Shown here: in pieces, positions 37,001 through 50,579 of the stretch
Layout of the letters: each line of letters begins with the position of its first letter
Numbering within the stretch: the stretch's first letter is position 1
Assembly: GCA_964016885.1 (NCBI GenBank)
Contig: OZ024740.1
Location: 56,172,001-56,236,000 of the forward strand
From: Eledone cirrhosa
Taxonomy: Eukaryota
Direction: 5' to 3'
DNA length: 64,000 bases
Translations under genes and position numbers: made by a program
The notes under the pieces: generated by a model
What the model was told of the DNA's origin: nothing
Database searches by the model: none
Seen by the model: only the letters and a program-made list of their open reading frames with translations

Positions 37001-38310
37001 AAATACCTCAATGCCACGACACCCATCACTATTCTATTATAAAGTTGGGAGCTTGTGTTTAGTCACCAAAAATAATTTATTTTCGTTATAACCACTACAC
37101 ATACTACAAATTACTTAGATTTTATCTTTCTACAGCAACTATATTTTGATAAAATCAGAATCCATGAATAATGATTTCTGACATGTATGCGACCAGTCTT
37201 TAGAAGAAAATAGACGTTTCATTCAACACAAATAATTGACTAGTACTTACTATATCAACCCATGAAGGCAAAGTCGCTTATTTTATATGTTTAATGAGAG
37301 AATCTTAAGAGTATTCGATTGTGTGACAAGCAGACAGATATACCAACCTGAAACAGCTTCTTAGTGGTTAACCTGCATGTTTATGTAAAAAAAACTATGA
37401 ATGATATGATAGAGTGCCTTGACCTGCTTACAATATATATTGGATTACAATGTATATTGGATTAAGGTTTTGCTGGGATAAATGTCCCAACCTGATTGTA
37501 AAACCACTGAAAATGTGTCTTTCTGCATATCAATGAATGTTCTGGCTCTTTCTCCGATATCTGACCTGGAATGATACCTAAACATGAATGAACATATATC
37601 TATGGTGGAACTTCTAATAAGGAAATCGGAATCAGGGATATTATACTTGGATAAAAAAAACAAATAGGTTTCTAGGAGCTCTTTTGCATAAATCAAATTA
37701 GTGTCCTATAATGCTTTTGCTGTACTAGTAAACCTACCGACATTTGGGCAACTCTAACCGACCCATTGATGATCAAACTAGTAACTCGCATCCTATGTCG
37801 AAAATGTTATCTAAAATGAAAAAAACGTTGGCTGATGCACAACATTAACTCAAACAGACTTTGTCGCAGCATATATGTTTAAGAGAAATCTAGTAATAAT
37901 CACGCGTTGAAATGTGTTCATGGGTCAAGACTACATGTTTGAGCCAAATAGCATAAATAGATATGAAGAGAAGCTACGGGAAAATATGTCAAAGTATATA
38001 CAGGGTAGAATTTGCATAGATCTACTACCCCAAAACATCACCAAATCTTCCTGTTTGTTGGTAGTAGAAATCATTAAACGATAACATAAGGTTAAATATA
38101 AAAGAAATATCTAAATCAGACAAATAAGAAAATTGCTAATATACAACTTTAGATTTATAATTGTGATTATTGGGATACATGGTTATATAGATATCTGACT
38201 CCAATCTTCAAAAGATCTCGCGAAAAACCTTATATCGGAAAATTAGAAGTTTAGCCTATTTGTATGTACATACAAAAATATACATATGCAATAACGTGCA
38301 TGCACATGTA

Positions 38311-38648
38311 CTCTCGGGTCCCAAATAATAGGGGGGATTGGAATAAGCGGATGGTTGGACATTTGCTTACATTCTTATAAGCGTGTGTGGTGGGAAATTT
38401 GTAATTGTATAGTGTACGTTCGTAAATATGAGATTTCTTGTAATGCTCTTTTTTTTTTGTCATATATACAATGTTTTTTAATGTAAAATATAATTATTAG
38501 ATTCTCCAGCTGCATCAATATGAATCACTTAAATAAAATTTAGCCGGAGATTAGCAAAATTTAATAACCAGGATAAAAGCGGAGATAGGGAGTAAACAAT
38601 CTGAAAAACAAATAAGCGAATGGGAGGCGATTATTCAAACTCTGAGAG
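38311..38648. mobile_element. MITE with TA target duplication (Tc1/mariner/pogo-like)
   Basis: TA|CTCTCGGGTCCCAAATAAT ... ATTATTCAAACTCTGAGAG|TA; internal AATAAGCG repeats. Confidence 0.6.
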
Positions 38649-38809
38649 TACGTCTACAGACACATACATACAAGCATGGTACATATCAACTCATGTCCCA
38701 GCAAGATTAATTCTTAGACTAGAACAGCACTTCTTAAATAACAGCAAAAACTGTGGGCGCAGGTGAGCGGATGACCTGAGAATTATGTCTGCTCCCATGC
38801 TACGCTTAC

Positions 38810-39007
38810 CAAAGGACAACGGAAGTTGCATTTTATCGTCGCAGACGTGCCAGTTTCGACAGCCACTGCAACAACTCTGACGATTTCTAAAAGTTCACTG
38901 TTGAGTGTTTGTTCTAAGAAGTCTCTATGCGAGAAATTGATTAATGTGAAATGGACCTCTATCGATTTCAACGATTGGTGTACCATTTGTTCGATCAACA
39001 GAACAAC
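38810..39007 (-). CDS. Candidate 198-nt internal exon of an unidentified host gene
   Basis: Acceptor TTCATTTTACGAGCAG|, donor TTG|GTAAGC, length divisible by 3, one open frame (VVLLIEQMVHQSLKSIEVHF...IKCNFRCPL), non-repetitive. Confidence 0.4.
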
Positions 39008-39539
39008 CTGCTCGTAAAATGAATGTATAAATAGCTGAGCATTCCACAAATACATGTACAGTTAACATCATTTTCAGGGAGATTCACTGTGGCATAGTGT
39101 GTGACAGGTTCAGTCAATACAACGGGCTTTCAAACAGTTTCGGTCTGCCCAATTTCCCGTAAAAGGTTTGAATCGGCCCGGGACTTCGCTAAGTGACACT
39201 CGCTCAAGATATTACGAAGACAAAACCTAATGATTGCGAAATGAACTTCTTAAACATTCGACCAGGCTGCGACCACACAATGAATCAAGCGTATAGAGAA
39301 CTGCATTTACTTTCATATAGTCCCAACGTTGATTGTGACGGCCAAAATCTGAATAATCCTTAGGTTTTATCGCCAGCGTCGTTATGACGTCGGATTAAAA
39401 AGTGACTTGGTATTTGATCCGACTCCCTGCGCTCTGTGTTCAAATCTAGTCGTGGTCAACTTTGTCTTTCATCCTTTCGAAGTCGATAAATAAAGTACCA
39501 GCTCAGTGCTGGGTCTGATTCTATCTATCTTTATTACTT

Positions 39540-39635
<96 letters not shown>

Positions 39636-39638
39636 TGA

Positions 39639-39687
39639 GATTCTACAGGACTAGAACTGTTTCATTCTTTAGAAATCATCAGGAATC
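39639..39687 (-). ncRNA. Type I hammerhead ribozyme in a ~115 bp island between (TA)n tracts
   Basis: GATTC-CTGATGA-T-TTCT AA AGAA-T-GAAA-CAG TTCTAGTC CTG-TA-GAATC. Confidence 0.72.
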
Positions 39688-39746
39688 GCAATGTATTGAG
39701 TACCTTACTTACTGTGGTTACCTCCGATTCAACCCGGAATAACGTA

Positions 39747-39796
<50 letters not shown>

Positions 39797-39804
<8 letters not shown>

Positions 39805-40770
39805 TAGCGAAACAAACGGTTATTAAACAATTTTCTAAATAAATTAAAAAATGATTAAATAATCACCTGCTCAGATGCTGTTACCGACGGTTTCATCATT
39901 CCGAAAGATTGGAAATCCAACGAATTTCCAATGGAAAGAAATGAATCTTCAGACAGCCCTATTTCCACGCTATAAGGTATAGCAAGTAAATATTATGCTC
40001 CCTGCCCAACGCATGCGGTCAAGCCGTTAAAGTGACACACACGCAAATCAGGTCGCTGATAAAAGCTGGATATTATAAACATGTCGAATTGCCACTAAAA
40101 TTAGCGGCATTATTCAACGTTTTAGCATCTGAGCAGGTGATTATTTAATCATTTTTTAATTTATTTAGAAAATTGTTTAATAACCGTTTGTTTCGCTACT
40201 TTTATATTGTTCTGGTATCTCGAATTAGTGCCATTGAACCACATGTATTATAAACAACTTGAATATTTCTACAAGTACATTGTACCTGTTGAAGTATCCA
40301 TCCACTTCTATAATTTATTCTCCTTACGTAGAGAACAAAACGTTGAATAATGCCGCTAATTTTAGTGGCAATTCGACATGTTTATAATATCCAGCTTTTA
40401 TCAGCGACCTGATTTGCGTGTGTGTCACTTTAACGGCTTGACCGCATGCGTTGGGCAGGGAGCATAATATTTACTTGCTATACCTTATAGCGTGGAAATA
40501 GGGCTGTCTGAAGATTCATTTCTTTCCATTGGAAATTCGTTGGATTTCCAATCTTTCGGAATGATGAAACCGTCGGTAACAGCATCTGAGCAGGTGATTA
40601 TTTAATCATTTTTTAATTTATTTAGAAAATTGTTTAATAACCGTTTGTTTCGCTACTTTTATATTGTTCTGGTATCTCGAATTAGTGCCATTGAACCACA
40701 TGTATTATAAACAACTTGAATATTTCTACAAGTACATTGTACCTGTTGAAGTATCCATCCACTTCTATAA
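39797..40770 (+). mobile_element. Non-coding HHR element (retrozyme / non-autonomous PLE): inverted 327 bp + 457-bp monomer + 190-bp terminal redundancy
   Basis: 40124-40313 = 40581-40770 (period 457); 39797-40123 is the reverse complement of 40337-40663; flanked by (TA)n; no ORF. Confidence 0.85.
40503..40583 (+). ncRNA. Type I hammerhead ribozyme with an extended helix II (inverted copy at 39877-39957)
   Basis: GCTGT-CTGAAGA-[TCATT..ATTGGAAAT TCGTTGG ATTTCCAAT..AATGA]-T-GAAA-CCG T CGG-TA-ACAGC; predicted cut after GUA at 40578. Confidence 0.82.
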
Positions 40771-40790
40771 ATATATATATATATATATAT

Positions 40791-40826
<36 letters not shown>

Positions 40827-41251
40827 TTCGAAATATCGGCTGTGTTAAGACCTGGTAAGGGATGGGCTCCACCAGGAATATAATACTCAAGACGGGGCTG
40901 CCAGTATGGTACCTTTACGTTACCATCAAGAATTAAGAGCCCCTTTACATTTTCCTTACTTTAGACATATCTTCGAATAACAACTGGGTTCTATCGCCCA
41001 CATATTGGAATATTGTCTGTCTCCACACAATATTGGTAGATAGTCACTAACCCTATGCTGGATACATCCATCATTTTTACAGGTCATGTTTTTGTTCTTG
41101 TAAGTTTCTAGAGGTCCTGGTTCAATTGCTGACGACCGATCCTATAAAATGTTGCACTGGATTACATTATGCAAGTAGTACACAGAGCAATCTGATATAA
41201 CATATAAACAAATACATATATACATACATACATACATGCATACATACATAC

Positions 41252-41860
41252 ATGGTGGCTGCCAACTCGTTTTCGAGTACGGCCACTACTTTATATCCAT
41301 GTAGGAGAACCCCTACCGATGCGCTGAACGGGTGTGACTTTTTAGTCCAGCCAGGGACTTGAAAACTCTGGTACAAACACTACACTTGTGACAATTATTG
41401 ACACATAGTGCTAGGCCCATGGTACCATGTGACGACAAGTGCAGGGAGATCTCCAGATATAAAGCAATGCCTGTGCCGTGAAGCTTTTATAGTGAGCAAA
41501 GGCACTGCACAAAGCCAGTCCCACTCTCTTAACCAAGATGATATTTACCAAAAAGAAGAACAAGTCAACATCATTGGATACCATCATGGTTGCAGGTGTT
41601 ATATCAGAGTTTTTCTTCTCCTAGAATTCTGCCTTGACAAAGGCTAAGGGGTCATCTCTCCCGGTGATTTTGGATGGCCATTGACTCTTAAGAGCTCCTT
41701 TGCCATTTGACAGGTTTTGTTTTTAGTCCTGCAGGATGTCCAAAGTCACCCTCCTCACCAAGAAACCTTGGTGGGGTTGCCAGTTTAGTCGCCAACGTCC
41801 CGACCATGAGACAGGTTGTACTGGGATACATGTTACCAGTAGCACCAACTGGTGACCTGA
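41252..41860 (-). mobile_element. Family A RTE-derived element, full length (609 bp)
   Basis: Reference copy; (CATA)n on both sides. Confidence 0.88.
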
Positions 41861-41909
41861 CATACATACATACATACATACATACATACATACATACATA
41901 CATACATAC

Positions 41910-42267
41910 ATGATGACTGCCCCTTCGATATCGAGTATGGACATTGCACGATATAACATTATTAATTGGCAGTATCGGTAGAGGGTCAGACGCCATGCGT
42001 TCCAGCATATTTACATCCCTTTACGATCTGAGTTCAAATCCCGCCGAGGTTTACTTTGCCTTTCATCCTTACGGGGTCGATAAAATAAAATACCAGTAAT
42101 GCACTAGGTAATTTGCTGGCCTTGTGCCTAAAGTAGAAACAATTATTAATAATTATCAATTAATGTTGTCGTGCAATGCCTAATTTTTAAAAAAAGTTAA
42201 GTAAGACTGAGCCAATCCCACTCTCTGAGCAACAGTAGCTATAACCCGAAAAGAAGAAAAGATCAAC
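41910..42267 (-). mobile_element. Family B element interrupted by a plus-strand tRNA SINE (~41968-42147)
   Basis: Family B halves flank a SINE inserted in the ATTATTAAT segment. Confidence 0.78.
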
Positions 42268-42279
42268 ATACATACATAC

Positions 42280-42888
42280 ATGGTGGCTGCCAACTCGTTT
42301 TCGAGTACGGCCACTACTTTATATCCATGTAGGAGAACCCCTACCGACGCGCTGAACGAATGTGACTCTTTAGTCCAGCCAGCGACTTGAAAACTCTGGT
42401 ACAAAGACTACACTTGTGACCATTATTGACACATAGCGCAGGGCCCAAGGCACCATGCGACGACAAGTGCAGAGAGATCTCCAGATATAAAGCAATGCCT
42501 GTGCTGTGAAGCTTTTATAGTGAGCAAAGGCACTGCACAAAGCCAGTCCCACTCTCTTAACCAAGATGATATTTACCAAAAAGAAGAACAAGTCAACATC
42601 ATTGGATACCATCAGGGTTGCAGGTGTTATATCAGAGTTTTCCTTCTCCTAGAATTCTGCCTTGACAAAGGCTAAGGGGTCATCTCTCCCGGTGCTTTTG
42701 GATGGCTATTGACTCTTAAGAGCTCCCTTGCCCTTTGACAGGTTTTGTTTTTAGTCCTGCAGGATGTCCAAAGTCACCCTCCTCACCAAGAAACCTTGGT
42801 GGGGTTGCCAGTTTAGTCGCCAACGACCCGACCATGAGACAGGTTGTACTGGGATACATGTTACCAGTAGCACCAACTGGTGACCTGA
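42280..42888 (-). mobile_element. Family A element, full length
   Basis: Colinear with 41252-41860; (CATA)n flanks. Confidence 0.88.
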
Positions 42889-42957
42889 CATAACATACAT
42901 ACATACATACATACATACATACATACATACATACATACATACATACATACATACATA

Positions 42958-43450
42958 CAAATTAAAAACAAATGAGGAGGAATATGTTGAGATAGATGGC
43001 ACTAAGGAATGTTGGTGGAACCTGAAAATAAAAACTGCCACCAATTTAAAGTACAACCGGCCTGATATTGTTGTTTGGGACCACACATTGAAAACGTGCT
43101 CTGTTGTGGCGATCATCTGCCAACGTTGTAAGAAAAATGCAGGAGAAGGGGGAAATCTGCGGATCATGGGGGCTCTACAGATCCAGTATCCAAGATACAC
43201 CTTGAGCTTCATACGCATTATTATTGGAGCTACAGGTTATATAACAACCAAAGTATAACTGAAATTGGATTTGTGAACAAAGAGCGCCACTTCTTAATCC
43301 ATAAACTACAAATGGCAGCGATATCTGGCACCTAAAAATTTGCAAACTTTCTTGCGATTCAAGGGATGACAATTTCTTTTCTTTTACAGCCTTGACATCA
43401 GGAAGGTAGCCGCTGAAAAATGTACTCGAGATTAAGAAAAGGAGAAAAGA
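42958..43450 (+). mobile_element. 5'-truncated, decayed copy of the (CATA)n-embedded R4-clade LINE
   Basis: Matches ~56349-56866 with small deletions; (CATA)n on both sides. Confidence 0.82.
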
Positions 43451-43467
43451 CATACATACATACATAC

Positions 43468-44037
43468 ATGGTGGCTGCCAACTCGTTTTCGAGTACGACC
43501 ACTACTTTATATCCATGTAGGAGAAACCCTACCGATGCGCTGAACGAGTGCGACTTTTTAGTCCAGCCAGTGACTTGAAAACTCTGGTACAAACACTACA
43601 CTTGTGACAATTATTGACACATGGTGCTGGGCCCATGGTACCATGTGACGAGAAGTGCAGAGAGATCTCCAGATATAAAGCAATGCCTGTGCCGTGAAGC
43701 TTTTATAGTGAGCAAAGGCACTGCACAAAGCCAGTCCCACTCTCTTAACCAAGATGATATTTACCAAAAAGAAGAACAAGTCAACATCATTGGATACCAT
43801 CAGAGTTGCAGGTGTTATATCAGAGTTTTCCTTCTCCTAGAATTCTGCCTTGACAAAGGCTAAGGGATCATCTCTCCCGGTGATTTTGGATGGCCATTGA
43901 CCCTTAAGAGCTCCTTTGCCCTTTGACAGGTTTTGTTTTTAGTCCTGCAGGATGTCCAAAGTCACCCTCCTCACCAAGAAACCTTGGTGGGGTTGCCAGT
44001 TTAGTCGCCAACGACCCGACCATGAGACAGGTTGTAC
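43468..44037 (-). mobile_element. Family A element (slightly 5'-truncated)
   Basis: Colinear with the other copies; (CATA)n flanks. Confidence 0.88.
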
Positions 44038-44070
44038 ATACATATATACATACATACATACATACATACA

Positions 44071-44932
44071 TGACCAATTTACAGAAAAGGTTGTGCATGG
44101 ATACTTGAGGCGTAAAACACAGACCATAGAGGGGATAAACCACTCAAAACGCCTGACATGGAGTTCCGACAAGTTTATGACATCACACCTTGAGGGATAT
44201 CTCTATGCAATACAGGAACAAGAACTCCCTACCAAATATCTGCTGCACAAAAAGGAGGGCCAGCAGCTGACAATAAATGTAGGCTAAGTAAAGCAAAGAT
44301 CGAGGATGTAAGCCACATTGTTGCCAGCTGCGAAAGAATGTCATCTCGCTACTACCTCCCCATGAGACACGATGCGATAGTTAGAACCATCTAGAACGCA
44401 CTTCGGAAAACAAAGTTAACAACAAACGAGGAAGAATATATTGAGACAGATGGCACTAAGGAATACTGGTGGAACCTGAAAATAAAAACTGCCACTAAAT
44501 TAAAGCACAACCGGCCTGATATTGTTGTTTGGGACCACACATTGAAAACGTGTTCTGTTGTGAAGATCAGCTGCCCACTTGATGTAAACGTTGTCAGAAA
44601 AATACAGGAGAAGGAGGACATCTACGGACCATTGATGAGGAGTTTACAAATCCAGTATCCAAGATACACCTTTAGCTTCTTACCCATCATTATTGGAGCT
44701 ACGGGTTATATACCAACCCGTTTGGACCAAAGTATGACAGAACTTGGATTTGCGGACAAAAAGCGCAGCTCCCTAATTCATAGTCTACAAATGGCTGCTA
44801 TAGCTGGCACCTTCAAAATTTGCAAAACATTCTTGCGATTCAAGGGATGACAATTTCTTTTCTTTTACAACCTTGCCACCAGGAAGGTGGCTGGTAAAAA
44901 AAAATATACTCGTAATTAAGAGAAAGAGATAA
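44071..44932 (+). mobile_element. 5'-truncated copy of the (CATA)n-embedded R4-clade LINE
   Basis: Matches 56017-56868; RLE motifs RHD, NRPDIVV, ISCP; C-terminus KICKTFLRFKG*; (CATA)n on both sides. Confidence 0.88.
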
Positions 44933-45581
44933 CATACATACATACATACATACATACATACATACATACATACGTACATGCATAGACATATGTAGACACA
45001 TGCATATACACACACATATATACAAGTACCCTTATCGTAGTCCACAAGAAAATTCAGCGCTACAGAGAATGTGGCAAGACTGACGCTTCGAATTACAGGT
45101 ACAACTCATTTTTGACACCTAAGTGGTCTAAATCAACGTGAAATAAAGTGTCTTGCACAAAGATACAATGCCACGCCGGGAATTGAATTCACGACCTTAC
45201 GATGAACACCCTAAGCAAGCCACTACATAAATAACTATCTAATTGATATTGAACAAATTCCAATGAAAAAGCCTTGTTTCTAGATAAGAGATTATCTCAT
45301 TCTCCCTCTTTCTTTCTCTTTCTCTCTCCCTTTCTCTATATCTCTCACTCTCTCTCACTCTCTTCCTCTTTCTCTCTCTCTCTATGTCACTCTTTCTGTC
45401 TCTCTCTGTCACTCTCTCTCTATATATATATCTCTTGCTCTTTTGTCTGTCACACACTCTTTCTCTGCGTCTCACTGCCCCCCCTCTCTCTCTCTATATA
45501 TATATACATCCCACTCTTCCTCCGTCTCTTACTTTCCCTCACTATTTCCCACACTTTCCCTCTCTCTCTACTTCTCCCCTC

Positions 45582-45636
<55 letters not shown>

Positions 45637-46468
45637 ACACACACACACACACACATACACTTGAAGAATTAAACAAGCAAACAAAAATGCACATACATAA
45701 ATGGTATAGAAATGAAAGAAAGCAACAACAAATACAAGTTGTACATTATCACACATGTTTTGTAATGAGCATGATTCGAAACAATTAATATTCTGTTGGA
45801 AATACATAATTTACACAGAATTTGAAAGAAATGAATGAAGTCTACCAGAACATAAATATCCAGATATAGTTCTCTATATAAACAACAATTTTCTTCTTTA
45901 CATAGAATACTGAAATATCACAATGAAGAATACCACGCTTTGTTCTGTGTTATTTAAATAAATCTAGACAAGCTAGAGCGGAGCCAAAAATCTCTCTAAC
46001 TTGATCATTTTATCGAAGACAATCTATTTAACTGGAGTTGCCATATACAATACAAACAGTGTTTCAGCTAAACTCATGCCGCACCAACTTATTCGATGTA
46101 ATCACTTTAGGATCGGCATCTTGTCTTCATCTGCGAATATTTTCTCATTTCATCTTGTGTTGAATGACAGAAAACGATTTTTAAAAAAAGGGGGGGGGGG
46201 GGCATTCTTAAATGCCTTACTTTATATGCATATATATATATATATTTATTTATATACATACATATATATATATATATACATATATATATAGAAAACTTAT
46301 ATATTTATATACATATACATATATATATATGTACATATATATACGTATATATATATATATACATATATATATATGTACATATATATGTAAATATATATAT
46401 GTATATATACATATATATTATATTATATATATATATATATATATGTATACGTATATATAGAAATATAC

Positions 46469-46519
<51 letters not shown>

Positions 46520-46561
46520 CATACATACATATATATATATATAGATATAGATATATATATT

Positions 46562-46629
<68 letters not shown>

Positions 46630-46856
46630 CTTGTTTTAATGTAAAATTAGTGCAGTGAACATGCTTTATTTAAACTTAAAAGCTCCTTGTGTTTACTCTA
46701 ATTAACGATCCTCGAACGAATTTAAATGTCTCGTGAAGACAATGCGAATTAAGTAAATCACGGATGTAAAATAAATGTCTTTTAAAACTAATTAGAAATC
46801 TATGCAAAGTTTCGTGCACTAGCTCATCTGAATATATGCTTATATATATGTATGTG

Positions 46857-46932
<76 letters not shown>

Positions 46933-46934
<2 letters not shown>

Positions 46935-47072
46935 ACGAAAGAAGTGTGGTAAGGAACCAGATGGACCATAACGCACCAGAGTACTCAATACTTAGGGTAG
47001 TAGAGTAGGTAATAGGAAAATATTTCATCCCGACGGCAGAGCTCAAGCCGCTTCGACGGCTATTTCTGGACT
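46933..47072 (-). mobile_element. Half-hammerhead PLE-type fragment without fold-back
   Basis: Homologous to 12031-12170; its 5' end stops at the same AGTCCAGA position. Confidence 0.65.
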
Positions 47073-47229
47073 AAGTTAGAATTTTTTAGCGTGGTAATAA
47101 ATAGTCGAACTTTTCAAGGGGCAATTCCTTATGTGGGAAGATTGTAGCTGTCAAAATGATTGGTCAAAATTTCTTGTAAACACAATTAAATCTTTCGTGG
47201 CAGTGGGTGGGGGTGGCGAACTTGCTGTG

Positions 47230-48793
47230 GTTCTGCGAGAGCTACTTTCACAGGTTTTTCAGGAATGAGTTTGAGGAAATCTTCATTGACGACAGACGGT
47301 TGATTCAAAAGTTCTTCAAAGTGCTCTCGTCACCCTTGTAGAATTCCTTGTGAGTCACGAAGAAGCTCCTTGCCATCCTTGCTGCGAAGCGGTGTCACCA
47401 GAGAAGAAGACGGTCCATAAACTTCACGCAAGAGACTGTACAACAGCTTTGTGTTATTCGAATCTGATGCAGCTTGTATCTCATCAGCCTTCTCACTCCA
47501 CCACTTATCCTTCATCTGAGAAAGACTCCGTCTAACACGGAGTTCCTTATACAACATATTCTTCTCCTGTGGTTTTGCTGTCAAGTAGCGTGACAGAGAA
47601 CGCCTCTTATCAGCCAACAAGTCATCTATATGTTCATCATTCTCATTAAACCAGTTTTGATGTTTTCTCTGTACCAATCCCAGAACACGCCTGCCTACAT
47701 CATAAACCGACTTTTTAAGGGTCGGCCAATCCTCATCAAGATCTGCAACATGCATCTCTTCTCGCAATGTCCTCTTCACATTTTTATCTCTAAGACGAAC
47801 AGCATTCAATCTTCTGGGCAGGGTAACACCAGAAACCCGAATTTTACGTTTAGTGATTAGTTTCACTTTTGCGCGTACCAGGTGGTGTTCCGTCCAGCAC
47901 TCAGCTCCACGAAGAGCACAAACACACTGCACATCCCGTCTGTCACGCATCCTGACAAGGACGTAGTCCAAAAGATGCCATTCCTTAGATGCCGGATGCA
48001 TCAATGTGGTCTTAAATTTGTTCTTTTGCTGGAACATTGTGTTGGTAACACACAGATCCAGCTCTTCACACATCTGCACCAGGAGCATACCATTGTTGTT
48101 GCACTTTCCCACCCCATGCCTTCCGATTACATTCCATGTGTTAAAATCCCTACCCACTTCAGCATTAAAGTCCCCAAGCACGATGACCTTGTCTGCCTGA
48201 GGGATATTTCTTAAACACCTTTCATTGCATGGTAAAAAGACACTTTTTCTTGATCGACAGAATTCATAGTTCGAGCATACACACTCACCAGGGTTGCATA
48301 TCTTCCTTTGTCCAGCGGAATTCCCATGGACATAAGATGCTCACTAATACCACTGGGAATTTTCTAATGTATCCACAAGACCAGTCTTACCAGCAAATGC
48401 TAGCCAGCCCCTCTTCTGGTTCCTTCATCTCTTCCTTTCCAGAAGAATGTATATTTTCCACAAAAATCTGTAAGATAACCAACTCCAGCTAACCTCGTCT
48501 CAGATAAAGCTACGATATCAAGATCGTAACATCGAAGTTCCTTTGCAACAAGAGCGGTCCTTCGTTCAGGATGTTCCAAGGAATCCCTGTCAAGCAGCGT
48601 CCGTACGTTCCAGCAGCCCATATATAATGCCTTGTTTGGCTCTATTACCGTTGCACAATGACGAGCGGGCCCAAGCTGTGATTCCCTGGGACCCCTGCCC
48701 TTATTTCCAATTATCTCTTTTGTTCCCGAACCCTTATTGCTAATTTTCTCCTTTATATTGTTTTGGAACATCATTGAATTTGGAAAATAAAAG
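47230..48793 (-). pseudogene. RTE-clade LINE, APE-coding 5' half (3'-truncated, decayed)
   Basis: GCWNVRTLLD..RTALVAKEL..DIVALSETRL, YTFFWKG, LGDFNAEVG, HPASKEWHLLDYVLVR, GAECWTEHHLV. Confidence 0.88.
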
Positions 48794-48811
48794 TAATAAT
48801 AATAATAATAA

Positions 48812-50578
48812 TTGGATAACCAAAAGCTTAGAGATCTTCAGGGTGGCAGATAACATCAGACAGTTGTTGAGCAAAAGTATGAAGGCCTGGGAAATAGAGT
48901 TAACATCGGGTGGAGAATCCTTGGGAGGCGTGAAGATGAAGAGACGTATCTTCCAGAGAGATAGTTTGTCCCCTCTGTTGTTTGTCCTTTCCCTGATACC
49001 CTAGACCATTATACTGCGAAAAGTGAGAGCAGGATACAAGTTGGGAAATGGAGAGCTTACCATCAACCACCTCCTCTTCTTGGACGATCTTAAACTCTTT
49101 GGGAAGAGTGAGAAGGAGTTGGATGTACCTGTTGACACTGTCTGTATTTTCAGCAATGATATATGTATGCAATTTGGTATTAATAAGTGTGGAGTCCTAG
49201 TGATGAAGAGGGGTAAATTGAGCAGAAGCAACGGAATCCAGGTACCAACAGGTGAGATGATAAAGGAAATTGACACTGAAGAAGGATACAAATATTTAGG
49301 TGTTCTGGAGGCTGATGACATCAACATAAAAAAATGAAGGAATTGATAAGATCTGAGTACATTAGGAGAGTAAGGAGCGTATTAAAATCACATCTAAATA
49401 GTAGGAATGTCATAAGTGCAGTGAATTTCCGCGCTGTGTCTATTATTAGGTACAGTGCGGAAATTCTGAAATGGAATGTTGCTGAACAAAAAGAATGCAT
49501 AGGAAGACTATGAAGCTATTGACTATCTACAACATGTTCCACAAGAGGAGTGATGTCGATAGACTCTACTTAAAGAAGTCTTATCAGCATAGAGGACTGT
49601 GTTCAGATGGAGAAAAACAACCTGCACAAATACGTGACTGACGGTAGGGAGCCAATGCTCAGAATTGTACTGAAGGAGAGGACAATAGACCAGGAGATGT
49701 CCAAGGAGGAAATAACAACAAGGAGGAAGAGCAACCTTCATGAAAAATCCCTTCATAGTACCTTCTTTGAGAAAACTGAATTTAGATATCCACAGACATA
49801 GAACTGGTTAAAAAGAGGAGACCTTAAAAAGGCTACAGAAGGAATGCTAATGGCTGCGCAAGAGCAGGCCCTCAAAACGAAGTGGGTGAAACACCATATT
49901 TACAAGGAGGAGGCTAGTCCACTGTGCAAGATCTGTGGAGAGAGAGGAGACTGTGGCTCACATTGTATCCGAGTGTAAACCCCTAGCCCAGACTCACTAT
50001 AAATGCTGGAGACATGATGTTATGGGCAGGGTGATCCACTGGCACCTATGCAAAGTAAACAATTTACCACGTTCTGAGAAGTGGTATGAGCATAAGCCAG
50101 AGTCGGTGATAGAAAACTATCAGGTGAAGGTGCTATGGGATTTTAGGATACAGACGGGCAACAAACTGGAACACAATAGGCTTGACCTGGTGGTTTTGGA
50201 CAAGGAAAAAAGATCGTGCCTGGTTGTAGATGTAGCCTGCCCATTTGACACGAGAGTGCAAGAAAAGGAGAGGGAGCAAATTAACCGATACCAGGACTTA
50301 AAGTGGGAGGTAAAAAGGATTTGGAACTGCCATGAAGTCAGTGTCGTCCGGATTGTCATAGGCGCACTAGGGACTATCTCAAAAGGTTTCCAGGGATGGT
50401 TAAAGAAAATTGGCCCCGCCACGCTTTTTGGAACGCTTCAAAAGGCATTCTTGCTGGGAACAACAAGAACCCTCCGATACGTCCTGAATATCTGAGGCTG
50501 CAGGTAGTGGCTTGATATTCATTTCAACAAACTTTCCAGTTAACTAACATCAATGACTGAGACTCAAAGAACAATAAT
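48812..50578 (+). mobile_element. 5'-truncated Dong/R4-clade RLE LINE inserted in (TAA)n
   Basis: IFQRDSLSPLLF, HLLFLDDLKLF, YKYLG, ETVAHIVSEC..RHD, KVLWDF, NRLDLVV, DVACPFD; (TAA)6 at the 5' junction and AATAAT-rich at the 3' junction. Confidence 0.9.
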
Positions 50579-50579
50579 A

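Noticed and set aside
41775-41860. HDV-like ribozyme at the 5' end of family A
   Set aside because: A P4-like hairpin and CTAA-ACTGG are present, but P1/P3/L3 could not be assigned convincingly by eye.
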